NCBI GenBank assembly: GCA_963738405.1
Contig: CAVTWJ010000023.1
Location: forward strand, 377,826 to 441,825
Length of the DNA stretch: 64,000 bases
Reading direction: 5' to 3'
Source of the DNA: a candidate division FCPU426 bacterium
Lineage (GTDB): Bacteria; Oederibacteriota; Muellerivitia; Muellerivitales; Muellerivitaceae
Position numbers and translations under genes: made by a program. Below, piece after piece: positions 1 through 8,533 of the stretch. Within the stretch, counting starts at the first letter, position 1. Every line of letters starts with the position of its first letter. A model generated the notes under the pieces. That model was given only the letters and a program-made list of their open reading frames with translations. It did no database searches and was not told where the DNA came from.

Positions 1-280
1 CAACGTGCAGTTTGTGAAGGTGGACAACGAAAAGGAAATCTCCATCCGCATCTGGGAAAGGGGCGCGGGCTATACCCTGGCTTCCGGCTCCTCCTCCTGC
101 GCGGCGGTTTCCGCCTGCGTCAAGACGGGCCGTACGGGCCGGGACCTGACGGTGCATATGCCCGGCGGGGACCTTTCGATCAAAGTAAGTGAACAATTTG
201 ATCTAACCATGCGGGGGCCTGTTGAGGAAATTTGTTATGGATTCATCAGCGGCGAATTACTCAAAAGCCTTGAATCCTAA
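1..280 (+). CDS. dapF: Diaminopimelate epimerase, C-terminal part (5' end outside window)
   Basis: NVQFV...IRIWERGAGYTLASGSSSCAA...VHMPGGDL...MRGPVE matches the DapF C-terminal domain; the canonical ACGTG motif reads ASGSS. Confidence 0.85.
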   Translation, partial: NVQFVKVDNEKEISIRIWERGAGYTLASGSSSCAAVSACVKTGRTGRDLTVHMPGGDLSIKVSEQFDLTMRGPVEEICYGFISGELLKSLES

Positions 281-2669
281 CCCCACGCCCCGTTCCCCCA
301 TCCCAAGCACCTTTTTAAAATCCGATGGTTATTCCCTGCTCATTTTGCTTTTTTCATTCTTTTTATTCTTCGGGAATTGGTTCCTTCATCCATCGCAGGT
401 TTTTCTTTCGCTCGATACGAACGACATTTACTACCCTTTTTATCACTGGGTCCACGAATGTTTTCAGGATGGGCGTCTCCCCCTCATTTCAGATTTTTCA
501 TATCACGGGGCTCCGATGCCCGCAGTCGTGATTGTGGGGTTCCTATCGCCCGTACTAGCCCTTTGCCAGGGTTTCAAAAACTACGATCTGACCTTCAACG
601 TGATTTTCCTGGTTCCCTGGATGATCTTCCTGTTGGGGTCTTATGCCCTTGGACGAATCCTTCGGTTCTCGACCACCGCTTCCCTTCTCCTGGCTTTTCT
701 TTGGACTTATAACGGGCAACGAATGGCCCACCTGGACCATCTCAACATCACTTGGGCCTGCGCCTTTTTCCCGTGGGTGTTCGCCTTTTTGGCCCTGTTC
801 CGGCAAAAAAAAGGCCGTGCCATCTGCCTCTGGACGGCGGGCTTGCTGTGGGGCCTGGGACTTTTATCGGGCCACCCCCAAATTATTTTTGAGCAGGGCC
901 TCTTTTTTGTTTTTTGGGCCCTGTGGGCCCCCGACCAAACCGAAGGCCGCCCCCGCTGGCTTGATGTAGTCCTCCTGACAGTTCTGGCCCTTTGGGTGGC
1001 AGCACCCTGGATTCTCAACAGCGCCGAATGCCTGGCGTTCGACGGGCTTCATTTTCAATGGAATGAGGTCAATCGTTTCTACCATTCATGGACCCCCTTG
1101 AATTTCATCACACTGGTCTTTCCCTGGTTTTTTGGAAAATATCAATTTGACCGGCAAGGCTTCGATTATTGGTGGCAATATCAATTTACAGAGATGCAGG
1201 TGGCTTTTTCCGTCGTCGGTCTTTTTTTCATTCTTCTTTTTTTCATGAAAAAAAACCCTTGGCGGAAATTTGTCGCCATTACGGCTATTTTCAGTGTGCT
1301 GCTTGCGATGGGGCGTTTCACGCCTTTTTATTCCATGATTCAGGCCTTGCCGGGCTTTTCGTGGTTCCGGGACCCGGCACGTTACTGGTTCCTGGCATCC
1401 TGGGCCCTAGGACTGGGAGCGGCTCAAGCCTGGGATCGTTGGTGGACCGATTTGTCCGACTTGGAATCGAGGGGTCGAAAACTCGCTGCCGGGATTGGGT
1501 TACTGGCCCTTGGATTTATCGGCTTCGGGTGGATGCTTCTGACCCAGGGTAGGGCCCTTCTCACGCTGGCCGGATCCTGGATGATTCAGCGGTACCTTTT
1601 GGAAAGTTCCCCCCCGCATTCCCTTAGCGGCTACCTTGATCGGATTCCCGAAAAGCTCAATCATGTCGCGGCCAACTTGAATCCCATCGAACCCCGGGTT
1701 TATCTCCCCCTACTATTTCTGGTGTTGTTGAATTGGGTGATTTGGAATCGCCGGGGTATTTCACCGGCATGGGGCCGTGGGATTTTGCTCGCGTTGGTGC
1801 TCCTGGATTTAGCAGTATTCCGCACACCTCTAGGACGGGTTTTTTACAACCCGGGGGACTTGCCCGCGCCACAAATCCCCGCCGTTCAAAGCAGGTTGTT
1901 GTGTTTTCTATCCGGATCGGTTTCGCCCCTTCCCTATCAATATGCCCTTATGGCCTACGCGAACGTGAATTACCTGGAGCATATTCCCACTCTTCCGATG
2001 GAGGCGAACCCCCAGATGAACCGATATGCGGATACAGCTGAAAAATTGGGGTGGTTCTCCTGGGTTTATAAGGATCGGGACCCCCGGGGGTTCACCCATC
2101 ACGTGGGAATGATGCGCGCGTTTGGATTGGATTTGTTCGTTTCCGACCTGCCCATGACACTCCCCTCGGTATTTAAACCCGTTCAAACCCGTTTTCCCTA
2201 CTCCTGGAAGCTAAGCCCGGTCCTTCCGAAGGCCAGCCTAGTTCAAACCTACCGGGTTGTCCCCTATCCCCAATGCCTGGACGTGATGGAATATCCCGGG
2301 TTTGATCCCCTGCACGAGGTAACTCTGGACGCTTTTCCCGGCTTTCAACTGGCCGACAAAAAATCAAACCTTTCACCTCCCCAGATTCTCCATTGGGCCG
2401 AAACCCGCCTCTCGCTTTTCAACTCCTCGCCCGATTCCGCCCTCTTGGTGCTTCAAAAAACTTTTTTACCGGGCTGGAAAGCCTGGATCGACGGGAACCC
2501 GGTCCGACCCTTACGCTGTGACGCGGTGTTGACCGCCCTTTGGTTGCCTGCCGGACCCCATCATATTGAGCTTCAATATGATCCAACGGGTCTCAAACTT
2601 GGTTTTTTCTTTTTTTTAGTCTTCATGGGGATATTTTCTTTTTTGGCGATTCGTTCCGTTCTTGCTTGA
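270..2669 (+). CDS. YfhO-like multi-pass membrane protein (GT-C glycosyltransferase-like)
   Basis: Many TM segments, N-terminal D..YYP/G.P loop, FRDPARY motif, C-terminal PGWKAWIDG...PAGPHHIELQY typical of YfhO. Start uncertain (TTG 270 chosen; the ORF is open from 222). Confidence 0.7.
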   Translation: MNPNPTPRSPIPSTFLKSDGYSLLILLFSFFLFFGNWFLHPSQVFLSLDTNDIYYPFYHWVHECFQDGRLPLISDFSYHGAPMPAVVIVGFLSPVLALCQGFKNYDLTFNVIFLVPWMIFLLGSYALGRILRFSTTASLLLAFLWTYNGQRMAHLDHLNITWACAFFPWVFAFLALFRQKKGRAICLWTAGLLWGLGLLSGHPQIIFEQGLFFVFWALWAPDQTEGRPRWLDVVLLTVLALWVAAPWILNSAECLAFDGLHFQWNEVNRFYHSWTPLNFITLVFPWFFGKYQFDRQGFDYWWQYQFTEMQVAFSVVGLFFILLFFMKKNPWRKFVAITAIFSVLLAMGRFTPFYSMIQALPGFSWFRDPARYWFLASWALGLGAAQAWDRWWTDLSDLESRGRKLAAGIGLLALGFIGFGWMLLTQGRALLTLAGSWMIQRYLLESSPPHSLSGYLDRIPEKLNHVAANLNPIEPRVYLPLLFLVLLNWVIWNRRGISPAWGRGILLALVLLDLAVFRTPLGRVFYNPGDLPAPQIPAVQSRLLCFLSGSVSPLPYQYALMAYANVNYLEHIPTLPMEANPQMNRYADTAEKLGWFSWVYKDRDPRGFTHHVGMMRAFGLDLFVSDLPMTLPSVFKPVQTRFPYSWKLSPVLPKASLVQTYRVVPYPQCLDVMEYPGFDPLHEVTLDAFPGFQLADKKSNLSPPQILHWAETRLSLFNSSPDSALLVLQKTFLPGWKAWIDGNPVRPLRCDAVLTALWLPAGPHHIELQYDPTGLKLGFFFFLVFMGIFSFLAIRSVLA

Positions 2670-2729
2670 GACGTTTTTTCCAAGGGCCTAAAATGCCTTT
2701 CCTCATCCCATATTCGAAGGGAGCATTCT

Positions 2730-4415
2730 GTGAAAAAGATCAGCCTCAAACACCGTTCCGGCATCATGACCGAGGGGGACAAAAGGGCGCCCAACCGCGC
2801 CATGCTGCGCGCCGTTGGCTTTAGCGACGCCGACTTCAAGAAACCCATTGTGGGCGTTTCCTCCTCCTGGAGCGAAGTGACCCCCTGCAATATCCATTTG
2901 AACGAATTGGCCGAAAGGGCCAAGCGGGGCGTGACCTCCGCAGGCGGAGTGGGCCAAATGTTCGGCACCATCACGGTGGCCGATGGCATCGCCATGGGAC
3001 ACGAGGGCATGAAATTTTCTCTCGTTTCCCGCGAAGTGATCGCCGATTCCATCGAGGTGGTGGCTTCCGCCGAGCGCATGGACGCTTTGGTCACTATCGG
3101 CGGATGCGACAAGAATATGCCGGGGTGCCTGATGGCCATTGGGCGCCTGAACATCCCCGCGGTTTTCGTGTACGGTGGAACCATTTTGCCTGGCCGTTGC
3201 GACGGCAAGGATATCGACATCGTCTCGGTATTTGAGGCGGTCGGCAAACATTCCACCGGCCAAATCAACCGGGCCAAACTGACTGAAATCGAAAAAAATG
3301 CCTGCCCGGGACCCGGCTCCTGCGGCGGCATGTACACCGCCAACACCATGGCCTCCGCCATTGAGGCCATGGGGATGGCCTTGCCCCACGATTCCTGCCA
3401 GCCCGCAGTGGGCGAACCCAAGCGCTTGATTTGCGAAAGGGCCGGCCAAGCGGCCGTGGAGTTGCTGAAGCAGGGCATCCGCCCCAGCGACATCATGACA
3501 AAGAAGGCCTTTGAGAACGCAATCACGGTGGTCATGGCTCTTGGTGGATCCACCAACGCCGTGTTGCACCTGATCGCCATCGCCAAGAGTATTGGGGTGA
3601 AATTGACCATTGACGATTTCGGCCGCATCAGCGGCAAGGTTCCCCACCTGGCAGACCTGAAGCCCAGCGGAAAATACGTGGCGGCAGACCTGGACCGCAT
3701 CGGCGGCATCCCGGCGGTCATGAAACTGCTGATGGAAGCCAAGATGCTACACGGCGACTGCCTGACGGTGACCGGAAAGACGGTGAAAGAAAACTTAAAG
3801 CTGGCCCAGCCCCTTTCCAAGAACCAGCCCATCATCCACAGCCTGAAGGAACCGCTTTATCCCACAGGCCCCATGGTGATTTTGCGGGGCAACCTGGCGC
3901 CCGAGGGCGGCGTGGCCAAGATATCCGGCCTTAAAGTCATCACCCACACAGGCCCGGCCAAGGTTTACGACGGTGAAGAAGCCGCCTTCGCGGCCATTGA
4001 GAAGCGCCAGATCAAGGCGGGGGATGTGGTGGTCATCCGCTACGAGGGCCCCAAAGGAGGTCCCGGTATGAGGGAAATGCTGGCTATTACCTCGGCCTTG
4101 GTGGGCCAGGGGTTGGGCGAAAAGGTGGGGCTAATTACCGACGGTCGGTTCTCCGGCGGCACCCATGGGTTGGTGGTGGGGCATATCGCCCCCGAAGCCC
4201 AGGTAGGCGGCCCCATCGGATTGATCAAAACAGGGGATAAAATCACCATTGACGCCGAGAAGAAAAAGCTGGAACTGCATATCAGCGCGGCGGAAATGAA
4301 AAAGCGACGTAAAACCTGGAAACCCAAGGTGAATCCCTACCCCAAGGGAGTCTTGGCGAAGTACGCCTATTTAGTTTCTTCGGCGAGCCAGGGAGCGGTA
4401 ACAGACGAATTTTAA
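2730..4415 (+). CDS. ilvD: Dihydroxy-acid dehydratase
   Basis: [46 protein letters not shown] motifs; GGGAG RBS before GTG. Confidence 0.97.
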   Translation: MKKISLKHRSGIMTEGDKRAPNRAMLRAVGFSDADFKKPIVGVSSSWSEVTPCNIHLNELAERAKRGVTSAGGVGQMFGTITVADGIAMGHEGMKFSLVSREVIADSIEVVASAERMDALVTIGGCDKNMPGCLMAIGRLNIPAVFVYGGTILPGRCDGKDIDIVSVFEAVGKHSTGQINRAKLTEIEKNACPGPGSCGGMYTANTMASAIEAMGMALPHDSCQPAVGEPKRLICERAGQAAVELLKQGIRPSDIMTKKAFENAITVVMALGGSTNAVLHLIAIAKSIGVKLTIDDFGRISGKVPHLADLKPSGKYVAADLDRIGGIPAVMKLLMEAKMLHGDCLTVTGKTVKENLKLAQPLSKNQPIIHSLKEPLYPTGPMVILRGNLAPEGGVAKISGLKVITHTGPAKVYDGEEAAFAAIEKRQIKAGDVVVIRYEGPKGGPGMREMLAITSALVGQGLGEKVGLITDGRFSGGTHGLVVGHIAPEAQVGGPIGLIKTGDKITIDAEKKKLELHISAAEMKKRRKTWKPKVNPYPKGVLAKYAYLVSSASQGAVTDEF

Positions 4416-4434
4416 AGGGTTAAAAAGTGCAAAT

Positions 4435-4472
4435 AAAAAGCCGCTTAAGGCAACCCTTAGGCGGCTTTTTTT
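4435..4472. terminator. Bidirectional-looking intrinsic terminator after ilvD
   Basis: aaaaagccgc-ttaagg-caac-ccttag-gcggcttttttt hairpin flanked by A and T tracts. Confidence 0.85.
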
Positions 4473-4486
4473 ATTGGCTTTCGGGC

Positions 4487-4520
4487 AAAAAAAACGGGTG
4501 GACCCCGAAGGATCCACCCG
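4487..4520 (-). terminator. Intrinsic terminator for the minus-strand small secreted protein gene
   Basis: cgggtgga-(ccccgaagga)-tccacccg hairpin followed by T8 on the minus strand. Confidence 0.75.
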
Positions 4521-4575
4521 ATCATGAAAGTTTCAAGACAAAGTCCTGAAACCTTAAACCGGCTTGAGGCTAAAC

Positions 4576-4797
4576 TTACTTGGCGACCGGAGTAGTGGCA
4601 GCAGCCGGAGCAGCAGCGGCAGGAGCAGCCATGGCCTTCTTGCCCTTTTTGTGCTTCTTCTTCATGGCCTTGGCAGGCATAGCAGCCGGAGCAGAAGCAA
4701 CGGGAGTAGCGGAAGTGGTGGCGGCATCATCAGCCAACACAACGCCAGTGGCACCCATGAACAACACAGCCATCAAAACGGCAAATAAACGCTTCAT
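4576..4797 (-). CDS. Small secreted Ala/Pro/Lys-rich low-complexity protein (73 aa)
   Basis: Strong AAGGAGGG RBS, signal peptide MKRLFAVLMAVLFMGATGVVLA, KKKHKKGKK patch, own terminator. Confidence 0.8.
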   Translation of the reverse strand: MKRLFAVLMAVLFMGATGVVLADDAATTSATPVASAPAAMPAKAMKKKHKKGKKAMAAPAAAAPAAATTPVAK

Positions 4798-4945
4798 TAA
4801 AACCCTCCTTGAATTAAACAGCGGATTCACCGCTGTTTTGCGACTCACCTCACGGCCTGCCAACCCATAGAATTGACCGGCCGATTAAAGGCGGTATTTT
4901 AGGGGCGGAATTTCATTTGTTCAATGATTTTGGTGGTATTTAGGC

Positions 4946-5875
4946 CTATACGAGGGACTGCCAAGCCAGGCGCGCGGCACCCACAACCCCCATATTGTCG
5001 CCTAATTTAGCCATTCGAAACTTGAGGCCCTTTAAATGTGAGGCAAAACAGCGTGTTTTGAGCTCTTTCATCATGGGTTTGAGCAACAGATCGCCCGCTC
5101 CCGCCACCCCTCCGCTAAAAATGATCATGTTGGGATTGATCAAATGGATGGCTGTCGTCAGGCCTACCCCCAGCATTTTTCCAGCGAAATCATAAACCTT
5201 ACGTGTCTTGGCATCTCCCTTTTCGGCCATTTTTTGGAAGGTATAGGCCTCAAGGGGGGCTCCGGCTGGCCTATGAACTCCCATTTCTTTCGCCAACCTT
5301 ACTATCCCAGTGGCGGAAACATATTGTTCCAGGATACCGCTGTTGCCATAGGGCGCTTTGGGGCCGTTGGGGTCCACCACGATATGCCCGATATGGTTGC
5401 TGACGCCCCAGGCGCCCTCAAATATCTTGCCGTCCAAAATCAATCCGCCACCCACGCCCGTTCCCAGGGTCAGGCAGAGCACCACCCCTTCCCCCTTCCC
5501 AGCGCCGATCCAGGATTCACCCAAAGCGGCCAAATTGGCGTCATTTTCGAGAAACACTTTCTTCTTCAATTTCTGATGGAGAAGTGCTGTCAAAGGCACA
5601 TTTTTCCAGTTTAAATTGGGGGTATAGATAATGATGCCCCTCTTGGGATCCAGAGGCCCCGGGGAACCGATGCCCACACCCATATGAGAGGACCAGGGCA
5701 ACCTGCTGGAATGGCTTGCCGCACGCGCGCTTTGCGCGATGCGCTCGATGACCCCCAAAGGCCCTAGGGAAGACTGGGTGGGGCGCTTGTCCTTGCCCAA
5801 GACCTTACCCTTCGCGTCCACGACCGCTGAAACAATATTGGTACCGCCTAGATCAATGCCGATAACCGTCTTCAA
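4946..5875 (-). CDS. ROK family sugar kinase (glucokinase-like)
   Basis: IGIDLGGT, GSPGP, LENDANLAALGE, LTLGTGVGGG motifs; GGAGG RBS before TTG. Confidence 0.9.
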   Translation of the reverse strand: MKTVIGIDLGGTNIVSAVVDAKGKVLGKDKRPTQSSLGPLGVIERIAQSARAASHSSRLPWSSHMGVGIGSPGPLDPKRGIIIYTPNLNWKNVPLTALLHQKLKKKVFLENDANLAALGESWIGAGKGEGVVLCLTLGTGVGGGLILDGKIFEGAWGVSNHIGHIVVDPNGPKAPYGNSGILEQYVSATGIVRLAKEMGVHRPAGAPLEAYTFQKMAEKGDAKTRKVYDFAGKMLGVGLTTAIHLINPNMIIFSGGVAGAGDLLLKPMMKELKTRCFASHLKGLKFRMAKLGDNMGVVGAARLAWQSLV

Positions 5876-5962
5876 GAAATAGCCTCCAAGAAAAATTAAC
5901 CCGTCACTGCGGGGGGGTATTATCTAAAAAAAGGCAGGAAAGGGAAAAGAAATTTGATGCGA

Positions 5963-7603
5963 TTAAATATCCGATAAACAACGGTAATCTAATGTGGGAA
6001 ACAAGGGGTAAAGCCTTTCCATTTCAGCCAATTCCTTTGTTTTGAGCCTTCCTTTTTCAGCCTTTATTAAGATGGAGTGAAACCGTTCCAAGTGGGTTTG
6101 GACCCTTCCCTTCGCATATTCCCCATGGTGCCCGGTTTTCATCATAAAAGCCCAGTCGCTAGCTTGGGCCAACAACAGTTCCCGGAGGGCCTGGTTGAAG
6201 GCCCGTCGCAGGGATCGGCCCGCCTGGGGATGGTCTTGGATGGACTGGGTCAACCGGTCGCAGGCCTTCACCAGCAGGGGATAAACCCAGTCGTTGGCGC
6301 TATTGAGCCAGAATTCCGAATAGCCCCCATAACCCCAGGAGGAAGGCCTGGGCTGGACCGTTTGGAGGGGATAGGGCTGGGACAGAATTTGGGAAGGGGT
6401 GGCGAAAGCCAGGGGCATTCCCTGAAGATGGGCTTCCTCGAAGAGGCAGGAAATAAAATCAGGCCCCTCGAACCACCAATGGCCGAAAAGCTCCGCATCG
6501 TACATGCAGGCCATCACCGGCGGGCGTTTCATGTAACGCCCGATATCCATCGACTGCTGCATACGCTTGAAAAGAAAATCCCTCGCGTGGACGCGGGCCC
6601 TTTCCAGACCTTGGAGGGGGTCGTAAGGCTCCTTTTCCCCGCCTTCCCCAGTGACACGGTAATACTTGAGCCCGGTAAACCGGCGAAGGCCTTCGGGTTT
6701 CATCTGGGGGCTTAATTGATCCAGGGGCAGGTCGAACCCGATGTCCCGGTAAAAATCGCGGTAGAGGGGATCGCCCGGGTAGCCTTCCTTGGAGCTCCAA
6801 ACCTCTTTCGAGCTCTCGGTGTCCCGGGCCAGCACCGCCACGCCCGAGGAGGTGACAACAGGGGCGAAACTGCCGTAGGCGGAAACCGGGGAGGATTGAA
6901 CCAGGGCATGGGTATCGGTGAAAAAATATTTCACCCCGCAATCGGCCAGGATGCGTTCCAATCCAAGCTGGTACCCGCATTCGGGAAGCCAAAAGCCCCG
7001 GCTCTTTATCCCTAATCGCCTTTCATGCTCCTCCATGGCGGTTTGAACCTGAGCCCGAACCGCGGAAGGCCTGACCCCCAGAAGGGGCAGATAGCCATGG
7101 GTCGCGGCGCAGGTGATGAGTTCCAGGTTTCCCTTTTGGGCCAAGGCTTTAAAACCCTTAGCGGCGTCCTTTTGATATTTTTTTTCCCAACGGTCCAACC
7201 CTTCCCGAATCCGGGACCGGTACATTCTCGCCAGATTAAGAAAAGGGGGTTGGTTTTTGAGGCGGAGAATTTCCCGATCCGTCAGGGCTAATAGATCAAG
7301 GGCATATTTTTTGAATCTTTTTTGGAGGAGAGTATCTTCCCACATGGCCAGGAGGGTGGGGGAAAGGATGACCGCCATCCGGAAGGGAATTTTTCTTTCC
7401 GATAGGGATTCCAGTTTTCCCAAGAGCGGAAGGTAGGTTTCCAACATGGCTTCATACAGCCAAATTTCCTCCAGAAAGTTTTCGTGTTCGGGATGGCGGA
7501 CATAGGGCAGGTGGGCGTGCAACACGAGGGAAATAAATCCCAGGGGCTTCTTGTCTTGTGTCTTTATGGAATGCGGGATTCGGGTGGGAGGCCCGGGAGG
7601 CAA
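5963..7603 (-). CDS. GH57 1,4-alpha-glucan branching enzyme (DUF1957 C-terminus)
   Basis: LHAHLPYVRHP, ATHGYLP, FWLPECG, YDAELFGHWWFEGP, ELLLAQASDW motifs. Confidence 0.92.
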   Translation of the reverse strand: MPPGPPTRIPHSIKTQDKKPLGFISLVLHAHLPYVRHPEHENFLEEIWLYEAMLETYLPLLGKLESLSERKIPFRMAVILSPTLLAMWEDTLLQKRFKKYALDLLALTDREILRLKNQPPFLNLARMYRSRIREGLDRWEKKYQKDAAKGFKALAQKGNLELITCAATHGYLPLLGVRPSAVRAQVQTAMEEHERRLGIKSRGFWLPECGYQLGLERILADCGVKYFFTDTHALVQSSPVSAYGSFAPVVTSSGVAVLARDTESSKEVWSSKEGYPGDPLYRDFYRDIGFDLPLDQLSPQMKPEGLRRFTGLKYYRVTGEGGEKEPYDPLQGLERARVHARDFLFKRMQQSMDIGRYMKRPPVMACMYDAELFGHWWFEGPDFISCLFEEAHLQGMPLAFATPSQILSQPYPLQTVQPRPSSWGYGGYSEFWLNSANDWVYPLLVKACDRLTQSIQDHPQAGRSLRRAFNQALRELLLAQASDWAFMMKTGHHGEYAKGRVQTHLERFHSILIKAEKGRLKTKELAEMERLYPLFPTLDYRCLSDI

Positions 7604-7606
7604 AAA

Positions 7607-8368
7607 TTAAAACCGGGAGGCGGCGTGCCGGTCCTGGGGGCCGAGCCTCCGGCGGTGAAGGGCCCCTTGGCCCGCCAAGTCGGCGGAAAATAGTTTTTTT
7701 CCGGGTTCGAAGGATTGCTCGATAATTTCGTCGCTGAAATATTCCTTCATTTCTTCCGGCATCGACCAATCGGACCCTTTGGATTCGGCACCCGCAAACG
7801 CCTGTTCCGGCTGGGGACCGGTATGGATCGTCTGGGTCCGGGCTAAAGCCACAAATTTACCAGAAACAGCCTTATGGCCGATCTCGAGAATATAGCTTCC
7901 GCCCGGGGTCTCCAGGTTGACGTATCGGTTCATTTCCCCCCGGTTGACGACGATTTCTTCCACCAGTTCGGAAGTTCCGTCCCGCTTGGTTCTCAAAACG
8001 CGCAACACTAGGGAGCTTCCCTCGTATTCATCCATCAATTGTCGGCGCACTTCCTCCACCGTGTCGGGAGTGACTTCCCAATAAGTGAAGATGCAATTGG
8101 GATCACGCACAAAAGCCACCAGTTGGGTTTGACCCAAGCGGGGCAAACGGGCAGAACGGCCTATTTTTTTATTAGTCGGTGACGATTCTCCGACCAAGGA
8201 TTTTTTAGAGCTACGGGGGGCTTTCGGGGCCGGGGCCTTTTCTTTTTTCACGGAGGCCTTGGACTTTTTCTCGGCCTTCGGTTTGGATTCGGTTTTCAAT
8301 TTCACGCGCGGCTTGGAGACCTTGCGGATGAAGGTTTCAGATGTTGCTTCTTTCTTTTTTCGGGGCAT
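7607..8368 (-). CDS. DUF4912 domain protein with Lys-rich N-terminus
   Basis: LVAFVRDPNCIFTYWEV...YILEIG...FVALART; lies directly upstream of the GH57 gene; GGAGG RBS. Confidence 0.8.
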   Translation of the reverse strand: MPRKKKEATSETFIRKVSKPRVKLKTESKPKAEKKSKASVKKEKAPAPKAPRSSKKSLVGESSPTNKKIGRSARLPRLGQTQLVAFVRDPNCIFTYWEVTPDTVEEVRRQLMDEYEGSSLVLRVLRTKRDGTSELVEEIVVNRGEMNRYVNLETPGGSYILEIGHKAVSGKFVALARTQTIHTGPQPEQAFAGAESKGSDWSMPEEMKEYFSDEIIEQSFEPGKKLFSADLAGQGALHRRRLGPQDRHAASRF

Positions 8369-8533
8369 AACAACCTCCCAGGCGATTAGGTTCAAAACCG
8401 TTTTAACTTTTATCGCACCAATTGGCAAGAAGGGATTTGGAAGCGGTCACAGGCAGGTAAATTCAAAGGAAATCGGTTTCAGAACCTGTCGATAGGCCCT
8501 GGAAATCAGCAAAATCAGTCAAAAGAAAAGGCT

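Noticed and set aside
2573..3835. Long antisense ORFs over ilvD (similar ones over nrdJ, the MCP gene, iscS and uvrA)
   Set aside because: Shadow ORFs expected from GC-rich codon bias; no recognisable motifs, and they lie opposite clear genes.
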